A DNA stretch of 62,340 nucleotides, filler included, from Choristocarpus tenellus KU-1152 (GCA_964200185.2; 14 parts of 14 records of this genome joined end to end with filler, not necessarily neighbours in it); one strand, 5' to 3'; positions 24,353 to 37,926 are shown, counted from the first letter of the whole stretch. Translations and numbers: made by a program. The notes: generated from the letters alone by a model not told the origin.

Positions 24353-26001
24353 GTTAAAAAAATAAAAATAAAAATACATATATATATATGTAAATATGTA
24401 TGTAATAATAATAAAAATAAAAATGAAGTGCTACTGTTTTGTATTGGAAAAAAAATAATATAGATAACGTATGTTTGAGGGCTTGAAAAGAGACTCAAGC
24501 GGTTGGGGTGGGCGAGAGGAGGAGGAAGCACTGTTGACGTGGTTGTGGTGATGAGGGTTGGACTAAATTATTTCCCATCCTATTACTATTATTATTATTA
24601 TTATTATTGTTATTGTTACTATTGTTGTTATTATTATTGTTATTATTGTTTTTGTGATGGGCTGTCTCTTCAATGGTGGGAGAAGGGAAGTAGTGGATCT
24701 GGTTCTGTTGCTAGGTCTGTTATATTTGTATTGGAGGAAAGGGAGGGGGGGGAGGGAAGAGGTGGGGCGTTTTGTGTGTGAGGGAGTTGAGGATTACCTT
24801 TTTTTTGGGGTGATATGATCTGGGGGGGGGGGGGGTGGGTATCGGGGAGGTTTGACAAAGCTGGGAGGATTCCTTTAATTTTTTAGAGCTAAAGTTATTA
24901 TTNNNNNNNNNNNNNNNNNNNNNNNNNNNNNNNNNNNNNNNNNNNNTTAATTAATTAANNNNNNNNNNNNNNNNNNNNNNNNNNNNNNNNNNNNNNNNNN
25001 NNTGGAGCTACGAAGCAATTTACTTGTTGCGTACTCTGATCTGGAGTACAAACGATTTACCACTCTTCAAACGAAAATATAAACGCCACTTGCCCAAGGC
25101 TCGCTCCTGTCCTACAAGGAGGAAGAGATGGTGCATAAGGAAACGGAATAAATAAGAACAAAAGGAAGGCTGGGTCACTTCGGTAGCAGGAGGTGAAACG
25201 AGGGAAGCATCAGGACTGAAAACATGACTTGAGCCTAGGAAAGATAAAGGTTCACTTCGAGCTGCATTCAGCCCCTCTCAAGAAATCTGTGCTTTGTAAA
25301 ACCCTATGCGAGACAAACCAACCAAGAGGTAGGCAGGTTTGGACCCCTTTGCATTACAAGCTATCTTTTTTACCTTGTTCAAGATACTCTACTTCATTGC
25401 TTCATATACGCAACAATATACGCAAGATTGAGACTCCCCCTTTCCACACACAAAGCGACAACGAAATTCAGCAAACAATATTTCTGCAATTGTACAAATT
25501 GGCATATTTTTGCCCTTCCTCAGGGTCCTCAGAATGCAACACTGCCTACCCCTCGGTTTGAATAATCTCAAAGCCAAAGCCGAGACAAGCTGCTACCCCC
25601 ACAAGGTTAATGGCCTTGCCGGAAGTGTAAACAACTTCATTTCACCCAAGAGTAGGAGAGGGGAACAAGTATTCGAAGTTTAACCTTCAAGTTATTAGTT
25701 GATGGAATCCAATTTCTTTTGTAACAGTTTGTGGCCCATCGAGCTAGATGCTTCATATTAAAATAATTGATAACCCTAATCCCCCTGTATCTCTTGGAGT
25801 CAGAATCAGAACTATTCTTCTTTGGTCTATCCCTCTTCTTAGTTCCATCAATGAATATTCGTCCCCGGAGTCAGCCTTGGCTACAATGAGACCAGTCATG
25901 CCCTGGTCACTGGGAATTCATCTCACCAGAAGGGTCGGTACAATCACAATGTCCAAGACCTCTGGATGAGACTAAAACTCATCGATAGATAAAAAGGAAT
26001 A

Positions 26002-26256
26002 GAGTCGAAATATCTTAGAGCGAAGAGCGGTGCTCGTTTGGGGGCCAAACTCCAACGTTGCGATTTTGATGTAATTCTGACGGTGTTGTTTATTGGAAGT
26101 ATCAATATCTACGTTACGCGAACACACTTCTTCATAACATTCAAATTTTATCTGCTCTGAAATGTTTCGGAGAAGGCAAATTTCACAAAAAAACGTACAA
26201 GCCCCTAAAAGCAAACAAGCAGGTCAAAACTCCTACCCTCTAAGATACTTTCACTC
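26002..26256 (+). mobile_element. MITE family A, diverged full-length copy
   Basis: GAGTCGAAATATCTTAGAG ... TACCCTCTAAGATACTTTCACTC, with internal sequence alignable to 5897-6154. Confidence 0.85.
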
Positions 26257-27119
26257 ATAGAAGAAACAGAAGAATATCATTTCTGCTTCTACCTCCAAGG
26301 GACCCTAGAAAATTCCTTGAGGCGTTGCCATTAGGACCAGTAAGAGTCGGAAGTCAGGATCTTACGAGAGTTGAGAGTCTGGCTGACCAGGCAATGTCCG
26401 CGAGCATGGAATGAGGTTGTGAAGGCTCTACCACTGAAATTAAAATATGGCAGGGACAGGTGCTTCCTCACACTCCTATCAGGGCTGATCAATAGTCTGC
26501 AAAACCAGTACAACCTATCGCAGCCACATGTGATGTGAGGTCAATTACCATTCGATTGCACCACCAATCAGCCACACAAGTCTTCGGTAGTACTAGCACA
26601 GCACACTCCCCTGCTGTAACCACAAAGTGGGATCTACGGTTAAAGTATGCCCAAAATCATTAAAGAGGGTAAGGGTGATAAACCCGACGAGATTGCTTGG
26701 TGTCTGTAGAGATTGATTAAATTTAGGTGGAGCATGCAAGGCCCCATAAAATCAGAAATATTTCCTTTTAAATGAGAAAAATTATCGTTCAACTAATCAC
26801 TAGTAAAATGTTCTGATAACTCAACCACTGATTCATTGTTCCATTCCTCCATACATATTTTACAGTAACTGTCTGATAGAGTTGGAAGAGTCTAATCGAA
26901 CATCTACAACCTCCTGGAACAAAGCAACATAATAAACTCATGTAAGAAGACACTCCCTTGTTGGCAACTCAAGACTTGATTTCACTTTACTTCAATCAGT
27001 TTACTCAAATAATGACACCTCAATAATATACAGGCAATACCCCAAAAAGCTCTCTCCCAGTAAATATTAATTAACGCACATTTCAAAACACAGGTTAATC
27101 AAGAGTGTTTCAGCACATT

Positions 27120-27208
27120 AGGCGTATGCAACCAAATCACCCAAAAATCGCAACATGAAAAAATTGATCTCAAATGGACGGCTGCCACGCCCCCAGATAC
27201 TTTGAGCC
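27120..27208 (+). mobile_element. MITE family B right-hand fragment
   Basis: TATGCAACCAAATCACCCAAAAATCGCAACATGAAAAAATTGATCTCAAATGGACG...CCCCCAGATACTTTGAGCC matches 19621-19708. Confidence 0.8.
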
Positions 27209-29949
27209 AACAAATAAGTCTTGAGAGCAAATTCTGTATTCAGAATTACAATGCAGTTCATACGTGAAAACCCTCCTTGCATTCTATGGAGGAGTGAGGC
27301 TGAACTATGCAAATCCTTGCTTCGTTGACCATAGTAGATATTAGTCCATCTTACACTCATTCTCTGTTGATCACCAAGAACTCAAAATTCGACATATGAT
27401 GTCAGGAAAGCATCACTCTCATGCTTCCGCTCAGTCTACACTGATAGTGTGATTCTTGTCCTATGCTCCCCGTTCACCTTTACATCCCTAGGTGTCCCCA
27501 CCACACTGGGGCTTTGTAACGTCCAAAAAACGTCTTAACAAACCTTGGTGATGCTGGACCTCATGCACTGAGGGACATAGCACTGCCGATCATGTTTCAA
27601 GGGCATACTCATCCACAACAGGAGGACATAGGGAGGGCGTTCAAACACTTCTCCAAGGGTTAGGGATATCACTAGTTGTATACATGTAGAGTGAGAACAC
27701 AAGAGTTATTAATCGTTTAACCCATATTTGTCCTTATATACGAATTGATGGATAGGAGAGTGGGAATACAAGAGTTCGTAGCTGTATAGGATCGTATTCT
27801 AATAACTCTTGTATTCTTCCTCTACATGTATATACTAGAAGTGATATCCGATACAGTTGGAGGAGTCTACTCGAACAAATCCCCAAACTCGTTAATCATG
27901 TCTTTAGCTCATACAAAAAACTCCTTGCCATCTTTCATTTTTCTAGGAGACTGTGATTCTAAAATGCTGAACGCTTTCAGCACGGCAACCTCGCAGAAAT
28001 CTTCAACTCTTTTAACACTGCCTTTGCCACAATCCTTATGGTGACAGACCCAACCGTGAGGCCTTGAAGCAATATCTAACCTCGGTGCCTTGAGTTCCCC
28101 CTGTTACAAGTCTCAATGAGCATCACACATTTGACCTCCTCCTCTAGAGTATCCAGAACCTTGTTAGAAGTGTACCCCTACAAGAAATTGAGGGAGGGGT
28201 GGGTATAGTGCCGAACAATTAGCCACAGTTTGTGTGTGGTGTTGTTCTCGTGCACCGATTGAAAGTAGATCAAAAGCACAATTGGGTCATTTCAGCATGC
28301 ACAGCACTGCACCGTAAAGACCACCATAGATCAAGTTCTATGTGGTAAAAAAAATTTGAACAGAACCTGTACCCAAGTGTGTGTTGTGAGGTTCAAAAAA
28401 TATGTGCAAAATCTGGTCGTCTCTAACATACAAACAAAAAAGCAAAACATACTTACCAGATGTGTTCATTTTCTTGTTCCGACATGAATTAGAAAGACTT
28501 NNNNNNNNNNNNNNNNNNNNNNNNNNNNNNNNNNNNNNNNNNNNTTAATTAATTAANNNNNNNNNNNNNNNNNNNNNNNNNNNNNNNNNNNNNNNNNNNN
28601 CCGGTGATTCTCTTCGCCACCCTTGCCTGAGTGAACCACGCCGCCACAGAATCACACGATTCACATTAAACATAATTGTTTGAAAACAATGTTAGGGGAA
28701 GAGAAGAAAAAGTACGTAAAGAATGAAAGCGAAAAAGCCACAAAGACAATGTTCACTGGACAATAGTGTGTGTGGTTTTGGTGGTTTAGTTAGGGGGAAC
28801 TTTTCTGATATACATCGTTGGTTACTTATCACCATTAAGTTCCTTACAATGCCATTCGGTCATGAACTTTGTTGTTCTGGTAGTCACACACTCGCACCAC
28901 TCCTGTTGATTAGTGACTCTCGTCGTCCTCCAATCCTCAACTTCAATCCCAAACTTGTCGAGTCTAAGATCTATCGATCGATCGATTATCATGCGATTGA
29001 TATCGAATTGCAGACGTATGCCAACAATTACACTGACTTGGTAGAACACATTCGAGGTTCAGCGAAGTCTTCACCCACTCGTCCAATAAATTCGGAAGAA
29101 CCATTCACTGCTGAGGTTGTTCTTGTATTAACAAATTGAGTTTGAGGCTGTGGACTGTAATAATGTGTGACCATTTTGATTGTTCAACTGTTGTAGGTTT
29201 TTTTATTGCAGGGTTGGAGCCGAAGAATTTGTTGAAAAATGTGATTGAGACAATGTGGTCGGTTCAAATGCATCAAGTGGCCGGTTTGAGTGACAACTCG
29301 GTTGGCTGTCAACCTCTGGATCCCAAAGAAAAAATGGGAAGCCGTGGTGTAGGCATGTTTTGCCCATGTGTTTTATTGTGTAGCTGAGTGAGAATTTGTA
29401 AGAGGATTGCTCACTACTGGAAAGGAAACCAACAGAATATTCGAAGGCCGTGACTTCGACATTTATTGATGAAGTGGATTATTAGTTAGCCTATTTAACT
29501 GACAACCTGTTGAAGGATTGCCAACTACTGGGTTGGATCCCAAAGGATTTTTATTGAAGTGTTCTTGAGATGTTGTTGCTCATGTGCATAATCTCTTGAC
29601 CTACCTGTTTGAGTGACAACCTTTCATACGGAGGCTTGCTCAACAACTGGATAGGATACGAATGAACTAGAAAGAAAGGCAAAAGAAATTGTCCTTCAAA
29701 CAGATACGAAGTTTGAATGGAGTCTCGGATTCGATGGGTGACTTCACATCCTTGTGACCGTCAACGACAAGTGATCTAAGAATTCTTAAGACTTCTCTGT
29801 GTTTGATGTTGATGGGAAAATCACCAACGACAAAGAAATGTGCGCGCAATGCACTTGTGTGTACGCGCGGATATGAATTGGACTGAGATGAGTTCCGAAC
29901 AAGACCTGTCCGTCACAACAACATTGGAAAACACACACACAATATAATA

Positions 29950-30425
29950 TAGTTATAACCTCAACACCTTTGCGGTGGAAAGTTTTGGGCGTCTCAGCAA
30001 GCAAGCGGAACGTTTCCTAGATGAGCTCGCATCACACGTCGTAGGGGGGATAGAAGCTGGAGGCTATAGCAGGAAAGGGCCAGTCAACTCCCGCCTACGA
30101 CATACAGTCTCGGTGACGACGCAGGTGACCCTGTCTAGACGGATCATGCGTTCTAAGCTGGAGTCACCGAGGAGATGGGTAAGGAGGGTTTTGTTGGATT
30201 ATTGGGATGCTTCCCTAGTCCCTCACCCTAAGGTGCAGGAATCCATAGATTGGAAACACTGGAAGGCAGTGGTACAACATAGTAGTGAAATAACAAATAG
30301 ATTGATGTTTACATTTGTGAAAACTTACTCTTTTTTGGGGGATTTTTATGAGATGTGAATAGTTTCTCACTAGTTTTTCCCCTCACACATCTATAAAATG
30401 TCAGAGGGCAAAATAATAAAATAAT
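29950..30425 (+). mobile_element. 3' end of a non-LTR retrotransposon with restriction-like endonuclease (CRE/NeSL-like), including 3'UTR and (AAT)n-like tail
   Basis: SYNLNTFAVESFGRLSKQAERFLDELASHVVGG...RLRHTVSVTTQVTLSRRI is a typical RLE C-terminus (xVExxGxh motif). It ends CACATCTATAAAATGTCAGAGGGCAAAATAATAAATAATA. Confidence 0.8.
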
Positions 30426-32677
30426 ATATTAGCAATAATATGGAAAGAATGTTTGTTGTTATACCGTTATTGCTGTATGTTGTACACTGTTGTACCGATT
30501 GAGGTCTCCTTTTCAGGGATCTCCAATTCTAGCGGAGGAGGAACATACCAATAATTGAGGGGTGGAATCTTTCAAGAGATCAATCCTACAAGTAATGGAC
30601 ATATCTTCAACTGGAAGAGGCGTCACACATCAAAGGTTCTTTTTGTTGTCACGTCTTGACTTGTGTGATGATCCCCCTCTCGTAAGATTGTCGTCACTCC
30701 TCATTTTTCCTGGAAGTCCTTGCAATATTGCATTGTCCAACCCTAACCTCGTCCTCTCGGTTACGGTTGGTCTTGGTCCGTCTTGTCTGGTGATTCTCTT
30801 CGATACCCTTACTTACCTGAGTGAACCACGCCGCCACAGAATCACGCGATTCGTAAGTACAATATTATTTATCGAAGCCGAAGCATCATGTTTCATAATT
30901 ATGTACAAGCTAGCAATATATTTTTCACACCAAGGGGAACCCAGATAGTAGATTTCTCCTCCAAAACACTCATAAAAATGTAACACTTTTTACCTTCTAA
31001 CGAAGTATGAGTCATACAAGAACTTCGTAGTTAAGGGCATGTTCTTATCGCTGTTGTACATGCTATTTTGAGTCCATTTAATCATGATACCAAATAGCGA
31101 TCAATAATGTTACAGTCCACCAGTTTCGACCACAACACCAGAAATTTGTGAGAAATAAATAGGTACGGTAAACTCGACTACAAGTTGAAATGATGACGAT
31201 AGACTCACATCTACATTAAGAAGTCATTCAACACTAACGGTTACAAACCCTACAGGTACTTAAGCACACACAAAGAAAGCAGTCGGCGAATTGAAACTTT
31301 ATTCCTCTCATTTCGGCACACTTCACAAAATACAAAGACTACCACACATTTCGAAGAGAACAGAAAATTCCCAGATGTTTGTATTGTTGTATGTACGAAA
31401 CAGTAGTATTAACAATTTATATTCACCCTATCAGAGATCCACATGAACAACCTCTCCCACTCAAAGACAGCAACATTCACCGCAATGAGAACTGCGTAAA
31501 ATATTAGCCCAAAAATCAAAGATATGACCTAAATATTTTGTTTCTCATTACATCTAAAACAGCGTTCTGTTGGTATTATGCACCTTTTCCCACCTACTTA
31601 GCAACTATTTTTTTCTCAAACTGGAAAAAAGGACGAGAACAAAAAAAAGGAGGAGAGCACACAAAACAAGTAAATGCAATAGAGCTCTATAACCTCCTCC
31701 TTCAGATAGTTTAGCAGTAAATGTTCGTAACATTTGTCATTGTACCCCCAAACAAACACACACACAAAAGGAAATTTAACAATCTTGCCTGCACTGACTG
31801 TCTTTGTGATGACACACTTCTGAGAGATATTATCTTTGTTGGAAGACAGAAGGTCATGCCAGGTGCCCTCAATCTATTTGTTCACCTTCAGTCAGTCAGG
31901 GGGTGGGGTGTATTATTCTACTTTGCTTCAGCTATTTTAAAAGATGAACACTCATACTATCATTCTCTTAAATAGCAATCCTTGCCATGATTCAGACCTC
32001 CATATTGAAATATTCTCAAAACTTCAAAAGAGTTTCTGTATCAACTCTCATACTATAGCATTGAACCTACTTTTAGCACAGCCCACCTACCCTTGATGAA
32101 AAAAATACATACTGAACAATGCACAGCGAAAAAAGGAAGCGATGCTGGAGAAATACCCTTAAGTATGGTTGGTTGCTCCTGTTCAATACACAACACTAAC
32201 TAATACAAAGAAAAATAGCACATAAAGAATACACCTTTTGACAGCTATCCATGGCATACATATCTTACTAAGAAAAACGTTGTGGCAGGGTGGAAATGTA
32301 ACACTCGAAGCATCACAATACACTACCACACTACACCCCGTCAAGTGAGATGTGCGCATGAGCCTGGGAGGGGGCAGGGGGTATGTATCACACAAAAATA
32401 TTTTTGTACCACCACCGCTCATCAGCTATCTCCAACTCGAATAGTGCTTACTAGAATAAGTGAACGTATCTACCACACTGATATTAAACACTGCACACAT
32501 TACCCCAAACACACGGATGGTGACAGGGGGGTTGAAGGAGGNNNNNNNNNNNNNNNNNNNNNNNNNNNNNNNNNNNNNNNNNNNNTTAATTAATTAANNN
32601 NNNNNNNNNNNNNNNNNNNNNNNNNNNNNNNNNNNNNNNNNAATATAAACAAAAAAAAAACAACAACTCTCTTTTGT

Positions 32678-32714
<37 letters not shown>

Positions 32715-32847
32715 TGGGCATAAAAAAATAAAAATAAAAACTCGTGGTGATGACATCATAATAGAACTAACAGCACAATTTCCTCGCTCTACTTTTCCAG
32801 AAAAAAAACAAAACAATTTTAATACTCCCTCGCTACCCCATCAACAG

Positions 32848-33129
32848 GGCAGTCATGAGGATGATGTCACCTCAGATGGCAGGAAAGAAGAGTCGGTAGT
32901 GGATGAGAGAGGGGCAGGGGCAGGGACAGTGTCATCCTTGAAGGAGCAAGGAAAGACAGTTAGCGGTAGCTTAGGTACTCCTGTGCGGGTAGTGACAGTT
33001 GCTGGAGGGTCCTGTCCCTGTGGAGGCACACATGTGAATAGCACATTGGCTCTCCAGGGGACCAAGGTTACCAAGGTCAAGCCCAAGAAGGGAACGATGA
33101 GGGTCAGTTACACAGTCACAGTTCCTTGA
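32848..33129 (+). CDS. AlaX-type alanyl-tRNA editing protein (tRNA_SAD domain), terminal exon
   Basis: After a CAG acceptor: ...PVRVVTVAGGSCPCGGTHVNST....TKVTKVKPKKGTMRVSY*. The Zn-binding CGGTH motif is followed by a stop soon after, as in free-standing AlaX rather than full AlaRS/ThrRS. Confidence 0.85.
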   Translation, partial: GSHEDDVTSDGRKEESVVDERGAGAGTVSSLKEQGKTVSGSLGTPVRVVTVAGGSCPCGGTHVNSTLALQGTKVTKVKPKKGTMRVSYTVTVP

Positions 33130-33591
33130 GTTGGAGGAGGAGGGTAGTCTCTTGTCATTCACTACTCTGTTTTCTGATCTGCCTTCTGGAGTATGGGAGC
33201 TCTGGAGCGGCTTGCTGTGCTCTGTAGTATACATTCGTATATTGAGACTTGCGCGTGGCTTGGGCTGTGTAGCTGTTTGTATTGTTGCGGTAAAAAAATA
33301 AATTGGATGGAGGTGTAGGGTTAGGGTTGCGTTTTTGTGTGTTGTGTATTGTGTGCGTAAGAGGTCTGTCCAATGGCGTGCAAGAAAGAAATGCCCCAGT
33401 ACATCAGTAGGAAGGCTAGTTTGTTTGTTTTTTTTGTCTCTGTTATGGAAGGCGTTCCGTTGCCCGTCAATCGATCGACTCTGTTCTTGTTGCTCTATGG
33501 ATGATGAGGACGACTGAGATATCATTTTAATGCAATAATCTTTTTTTTTATTGAGGTTCAATGAGTCGAGATTAGGGCTCCCTGTAACCAA

Positions 33592-35034
33592 TCACATCAC
33601 AGACAGTGCTGTGCTCTGAGGAGGAGGCAAGCTGCGAAGGGGTGGAGGTGATACAGGATGACAGTTACAGCTTTTTTTTTGAGGTGTAGAATTATTTTCA
33701 ACTATTAATAGGTGATATTTTGTATGAGTTTTAAAAGTTGCAGGTATGCTTCACATGCCCCCTTGTGAGTTCTTGGAAAATTGTTCCATGTTGTGCAAAA
33801 AATAAAAATGTGTCTTCATAAAATATTTATCTTCCTCGAGTTGTTATCCAGTAGCAGTATTTGAGAGCACACTAAATGATGATCAAATGATATCCGTATA
33901 GGTTACAAGTGTGTTTATTCTATTGCACTCCTGAAGGAATGTGTACAGAAATCCAGGGTGAACAAAATACCAGCAAAAAAACTTCCCAATTTTGAATTTT
34001 AAAACAAATCTCGCTACAATTAAATAAAGTATGGAAAAGGAACAATATCAAGAGTCAACCCAGCTACCTTTGGAATAATTTATATCAAACTCATCAGCTG
34101 TACTAAGAAAAAGAACTACCAACTAGAAATAGATTCACTTCTGTACTGGGGATTGCATTCTACTTAAACTTCCTGAAGACTCTAGGTAAGAGGTTGCTTG
34201 GTTGAGTAGAAAGGATAAGAGTTGGTGAGGATGGGTTAGGAGAATGGAATTGCATTTCAGCAGGTGCTATCTGTTACATAGTCAGCCAATAGAGGTTGAT
34301 TACATTTCTTTTATGTGGGTTCAGGGATTAGGTGTTCCAAAAAATACATGTACCTCTCCTCAAAAAATCTAAACACATTACAGGATATAGGAAATTATTT
34401 GAACATGACAAAAAATGAGGATGTCTTATATCCGAGGTGACCTGGGTGGAAACATGCCAAGGCAGAAGATTAGACTGCATGTGCATAAATCATTATCCAT
34501 ATATTTATGCTCCATCACATAAGAAAGAGGATTCCCACATGTGAGACCTCAAACATGATGCAGAGCATGAAATACATGTCAAGCAACCTGGTCAAAGTCC
34601 CAGTACTCACATGATGGGAAGGAGATCAGTAAAGTTCACCCTGTTCCTTGCTGTGAACACACATCAAAGGAAGATGTAAATAAGAAGACTTTATACAGAT
34701 AAATTGTCCCACCCTTGAGTATTATCTTTAGTCATTTTCCACAAAGCTTATTTCCTCCGTCACCATGAAAGCAAACCCAACACTACAAGGAAAACCACTA
34801 AAGCTCAACTGGCTGAGGCAGAGGATTGCAGAGGATGAAACCTCCTTTCAACAACACTTAATCCATTAACCACAAAAAAAGAGAGTACTATGACAAAAAA
34901 AAGAGAAAACATGGCATTCCATACGTACGTGCCCTGCCCATACCAAATCTCTTGACAAGCATGTTCAAGCGACCACAGCTTCTGGCAGTAAGGAACTCAC
35001 TGATGACACACGCAAGGATCCAAGCCTTTACGTT
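33592..35034 (-). CDS. Hypothetical protein, last three exons (35034-34944, 34650-34611, 33631-33592), convergent with the AlaX gene
   Basis: CAG acceptors and GTATGG/GTGAGT donors are phase-consistent: NVKAWILACVISEFLTARSCGRLNMLVKRFARNRVNFTDLLPIILPPPQSTALSVM*. Confidence 0.55.
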
Positions 35035-35902
35035 CTGACAAACGGAAATATTTTGATGATAATAATAAAAGAGACTTGAAAGCAAACGGGTAAGGGGGCA
35101 CCTGACCCCTCCTCCCCTTGCCTTCATGTTACAACAAAAAAAAGACAAAATGCTATAGTGTTATATCTCCAACACACGCATCCATTTTCCACCATATATG
35201 ACAGGTGACAGAGGTCTTTTTAGCAAGGGGGTGGAGCCCCAGAACTACAAATTCACACAATCTCCGGGTTTCCCCCTTCCTCACTAACCACTGCCTAAAA
35301 GAGAAATAGGCATCTCACATTGAGCACCTGGTGTATATGTGTTTTGCACAGCATTGGGTAAGGGAGGGGGAAAGGGGTAGGATAGGGGGGGAGGGAAGGG
35401 GAGGGGGGGGGGGGGGGGNNNNNNNNNNNNNNNNNNNNNNNNNNNNNNNNNNNNNNNNNNNNTTAATTAATTAANNNNNNNNNNNNNNNNNNNNNNNNNN
35501 NNNNNNNNNNNNNNNNNNGGGGGGGGGGGGGGGGGGGGGGTACTCCCCTCCCCCCCGTTCACGCGATAGTCCCACAATAGGCGAATTTAAAAAAAAAGAA
35601 AAAGAAGTTTAAATTGCAGAATAAAGAGGGACAAACATGTACGATTAGTCTGGTTTGGTTTTCTCTCGTGCCACCGAATCTAGACAGAGGCAACCGTAAA
35701 AAAATAGGGTTTTGTTAGTATGTTGTTGTGCGCGATTCAGTTCCGAATATGCAACCATCTACGGACCCAAGTAAGCACCTTTTTTTTTTCTTCCATTGTG
35801 GTTTTTGTGTGCCCGGTGGTTTTGTATATACTCAGTGGTGGGACTCTACAGCTAGTCGAGTAGGTAGTATGGTTTTTACATCCAAGGTACGTGCGTGCGT
35901 GT

Positions 35903-35955
35903 CCTTGCCTTGCCTTGCCTTGCCTTGCCTTGCCTTGCCTTGCCTTGCCTTGCCT
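35903..35955. repeat. (CCTTG)n microsatellite
   Basis: About 10 tandem pentamers. Confidence 0.95.
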
Positions 35956-36419
35956 GACAAGAATGAATTAGTCCTGCGCTCTTCTAATTTCTGTTTTCCT
36001 TGTTCGTGGTAGAGTGGGGGTTATGAATTTGAATTAGTCCTACGACTCGATCTGTTGAGGGGGGAACCCTGATCCAAGGAGCTCAACAACGGACTTATGT
36101 TTATATTGTTCTGATGCGTGTTGCGGCTTGGGGGTTACAGCTACTCTTGTCCAAACCCGGTTGTGTTTTGTTGTAACTACCAAATTTAATAGAAGGTATC
36201 CGTAATCCTAGGTGGGTGCTCTGGAAGTGTGATGGTGCGTCCTTTTTTGCTCTCAAGAAGGAATCGGAACGAATTGAGCCTGTGGCAGTATGTCGGTTCC
36301 TTTTTCTAGGACTGGAGTGTTCTGTTGACACGGCTCTGTTATGGGACCCCACCGCTCAACGAAGGTACACAGTTCAACCCATTTGCCTCCTGCCCGCCCC
36401 CGCTTGTTTGGATTGACAG

Positions 36420-37722
36420 GTGATGCAGGTGAGGGCTGAACATCGGGCCTGGACAGAAGCAAGGCCGGGCGCCGTTATCTTCAATGCTGCCTCTGCAATC
36501 TCTGCGGCAGGAGGGTCATCTTGCAACTCCGCTGGCGAGGGTGGGGATGGGACTACTGTGACTGGGTCAAAGGTGAAGCGAGAAGGGGGGGTCAATAGCA
36601 CTAACAACGCCTGCGATGGTGTAGTGGGCTTCGACAACTGTGCAAGGGTGAGAGGGCAGGGCACAGCTTTTGGGGGGAGGGAGGGTTTGTCACGGAAGAG
36701 GGGAAGGTGTGGGAGCAGTGCTGGAGCTGCAGAACAGGTTGGCTCGGTATCGTCAGGGATGTGGGCAGGAGGAGGGGCGGAGCCTGTGGCTGGAGATGCC
36801 GGTGTTTGCGCTGCAGATCAGCTGAGGCAGCAGTGGGCAGCCTACTATTACCAGCAGAACCAGGTGGTTATCTGTGTTGGGTGGACAAGAAACTGTATTG
36901 TGGGGGAGGATGGGTGTGAGGTGGGGGTCAGTTAGAGGCAGTAGGACACACTTACTTGCTTCTCAGTTAATCTTAGGTTTAGACCATTATTTCAATGTTT
37001 AGCTCGTGGTAATACACGTTGAAGTGTGCATTGTCAATTTCCATTTAGTGCTCATGTGGCATGGTGGGAAAACATGGATTTATTTTATTGTGCGTTGAGC
37101 GTGTAGTGAATGAAATGTCGTATCATTTCAAGGCATATTGTGTTTGGAAGAGCGTGCACACTTCTGGTTTGCTCTGTCTTTGTGAGAGTGCCTTAACATA
37201 TCGTGGCAACTTTACTGGAAATGGGTAGTATGGTGTTCCATGAAGACTATGACCATGCCTCCTTGAGTTTTTTTGGTGGGTATTAAAGGTCTGGTTGATG
37301 TCTTGACATAGAGCCCATTCCGGTTCTGTTCTTGTTGGTTGTAACGGAATACCTTTGGCAAATGTTATCCGCCCTTACCACAGATAATGTATCAGCAGCA
37401 GCTTGCCAATGCAGCAGCCAATGCAGCAGCCACAGCCGTGGATGTTTCCCCTGGAGCAGACAGTAGGATCCCAAGTGCGACGATACAAACAACTTCACAA
37501 TACACAGGGTCAGGAGGCTACTCTTCTGCAGGTTTGTCATGGCCCTCACCATTGCAACCAGTGCAACAACCGTTGCAACAACCAGCATGTCCAACCCAGC
37601 ACCAGGAACAGCATGCCACCAGTAGACCCCCACAGCAGCCTGCAACACCGTCTGTCCCAGCAAACCTTCAACAGCGGCCCCGCCAGCGTCCTCCACCCCA
37701 GCCATACTGGAGGGTGCCATAA
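36420..37722 (+). CDS. Hypothetical protein, last two exons (36420-36863, 37384-37722); G/A-rich then Q/P-rich low-complexity C-terminus
   Basis: CAG acceptors and a phase-0 junction give ...LRQQWAAYYYQQNQ-IMYQQQLANAAANAAA...PPPQPYWRVP*. Confidence 0.7.
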
Positions 37723-37888
37723 CTTGGTGGAAGGAGGATGAGGAGGCGTTGACGAAATTTCCTCCTCAATGATGTACAGCTCGCTGGTTGATTTTGTTTC
37801 ATCCTTTTTTATTCTTGTAAATATATGAAGTGTCTTGTTGTTGTGCAATGATAGGTTGCGCTCATGTATCAGAGTAGGTGTGACTTCA

Positions 37889-37926
37889 GGTTAGGATTAG
37901 GGTTAGGATTAGGGTTAGGGTTAGGA
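37889..37926 (+). repeat. Interstitial telomere-like repeat (TTAGGG/TTAGGA)n
   Basis: GGTTAGGATTAGGGTTAGGATTAGGGTTAGGGTTAGGA. Confidence 0.9.

Noticed and set aside
24503-24781. Poly-Tyr/Cys and poly-Gly/Pro ORFs here and at contig ends
   Set aside because: These are translations of (TAT)n microsatellites and G/C homopolymer runs at which the short-read assembly breaks.
25900-28500. Several exon-like minus-strand segments (e.g. GYTSNKVLDTLEEE, ISLTLGEVFERPPY, SHPEVLDIVIVPTLL)
   Set aside because: Plausible splice signals, but several alternative joins and no recognisable protein. A gene may exist but I cannot support a model.
31600-32190. Possible terminal exons encoding a C-terminal transmembrane tail (minus strand)
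   Set aside because: Requires a GC donor and a very short intron, and the hydrophobic run may just reflect T-rich sequence.
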